Sequence record: MK327931.1
Length of the DNA stretch: 13,384 nt
Direction: 5' to 3' (one strand)
Part shown: positions 13,180 through 13,384 of the stretch, piece after piece
How the letters are laid out: each line of letters begins with the position of its first letter
How positions within the stretch are numbered: the first letter of the stretch is position 1
Notes under the pieces: generated by a model
What the model saw: the letters and a program-made list of their open reading frames with translations, nothing else
Databases searched by the model: none
What the model was told of the DNA's origin: nothing
Translations under genes and position numbers: made by a program

Positions 13180-13238
13180 GGGGAGAACTATTCTCCCCTT
13201 GATGTAAACTATTATACAGTACTGATATACTTTGTCAA
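13180..13238 (-). repeat. 59 bp direct repeat, copy 2 (promoter plus hairpin module)
   Basis: Identical to 12686-12744. Confidence 0.95.
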
Positions 13239-13241
13239 TAC

Positions 13242-13384
13242 TTAATTACGTTTAAAATGATATGTGCCTTTATCATCCTGTACGCCCCACACTGATTTAC
13301 CATCAACACCAGTGAAACCGGATTGTAATTCAATATGGAAACCATTATTATCAACTACAAAAACTTTTTTATTTTCATCCCGAT
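13242..13384 (-). CDS. 3' end of a hypothetical protein that starts outside the window (...GFTGVDGKSVWGVQDDKGTYHFKRN)
   Basis: Manual translation: 46 open codons ending in TAA at 13244-13242, directly before the next -35 box, the same layout as the other cassettes. Confidence 0.7.
   Translation of the reverse strand, partial: RDENKKVFVVDNNGFHIELQSGFTGVDGKSVWGVQDDKGTYHFKRN

Noticed and set aside
10289-13198. Leader hairpins as intrinsic terminators
   Set aside because: No U-tract follows on the coding strand, and they sit between promoter and RBS.
10289-13238. CRISPR array or integron interpretation of the repeats
   Set aside because: Spacers are whole genes of 200-500 bp, the repeats are promoters, and there are no cas genes, integrase or attC-type R/L boxes.
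226-13245. All plus-strand ORFs in the track (226, 2035, 4981, 5006, 6725, 8040, 8131, 8809, 10084, 10593, 10766, 11911, 11916, 13057)
   Set aside because: They lie antisense to well-supported minus-strand genes or run across promoter modules, lack convincing RBSs, and look like shadow frames.
1-13384. tRNA or rRNA genes
   Set aside because: The only sizeable non-coding gaps (9398-9588, 10773-10936) show no cloverleaf, T-loop or CCA signatures.

Overview
The window looks like a non-structural, accessory region of a large lytic phage. This is inferred from about 55 small, densely packed ORFs all on the minus strand, near-consensus sigma70-type promoters, and no recognisable host or virion genes. 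A jumbo myovirus of Gammaproteobacteria is plausible but not provable here. No gene could be given a symbol. There are two architecturally different halves. (1) 1-9400 is AT-rich (roughly 30% GC by eye) and dominated by a head-to-tail array of 31 paralogous small proteins (52-88 aa) sharing a hydrophobic-G-T-x-x-Q-E-x-Y-V...L motif, called family A here. Twenty-nine are contiguous (2983-9339) and translationally coupled behind one predicted promoter. A second three-member family (EExFQxSLVxD, family B) and a small membrane protein are interleaved. (2) 9590-13384 is GC-richer (roughly 40%) and is a string of one- or two-gene cassettes. Most are fronted by a repeated module of -35/16 bp/-10 promoter, GC-rich leader hairpin and RBS, with identical copies up to 59 bp and mix-and-match halves. 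The palindrome AGTACT is strongly over-represented (43 by hand count versus about 5 expected) but absent from the 5.4 kb core of the array. A structured non-coding segment (about 9400-9588) separates the halves. All counts and alignments were done by eye.
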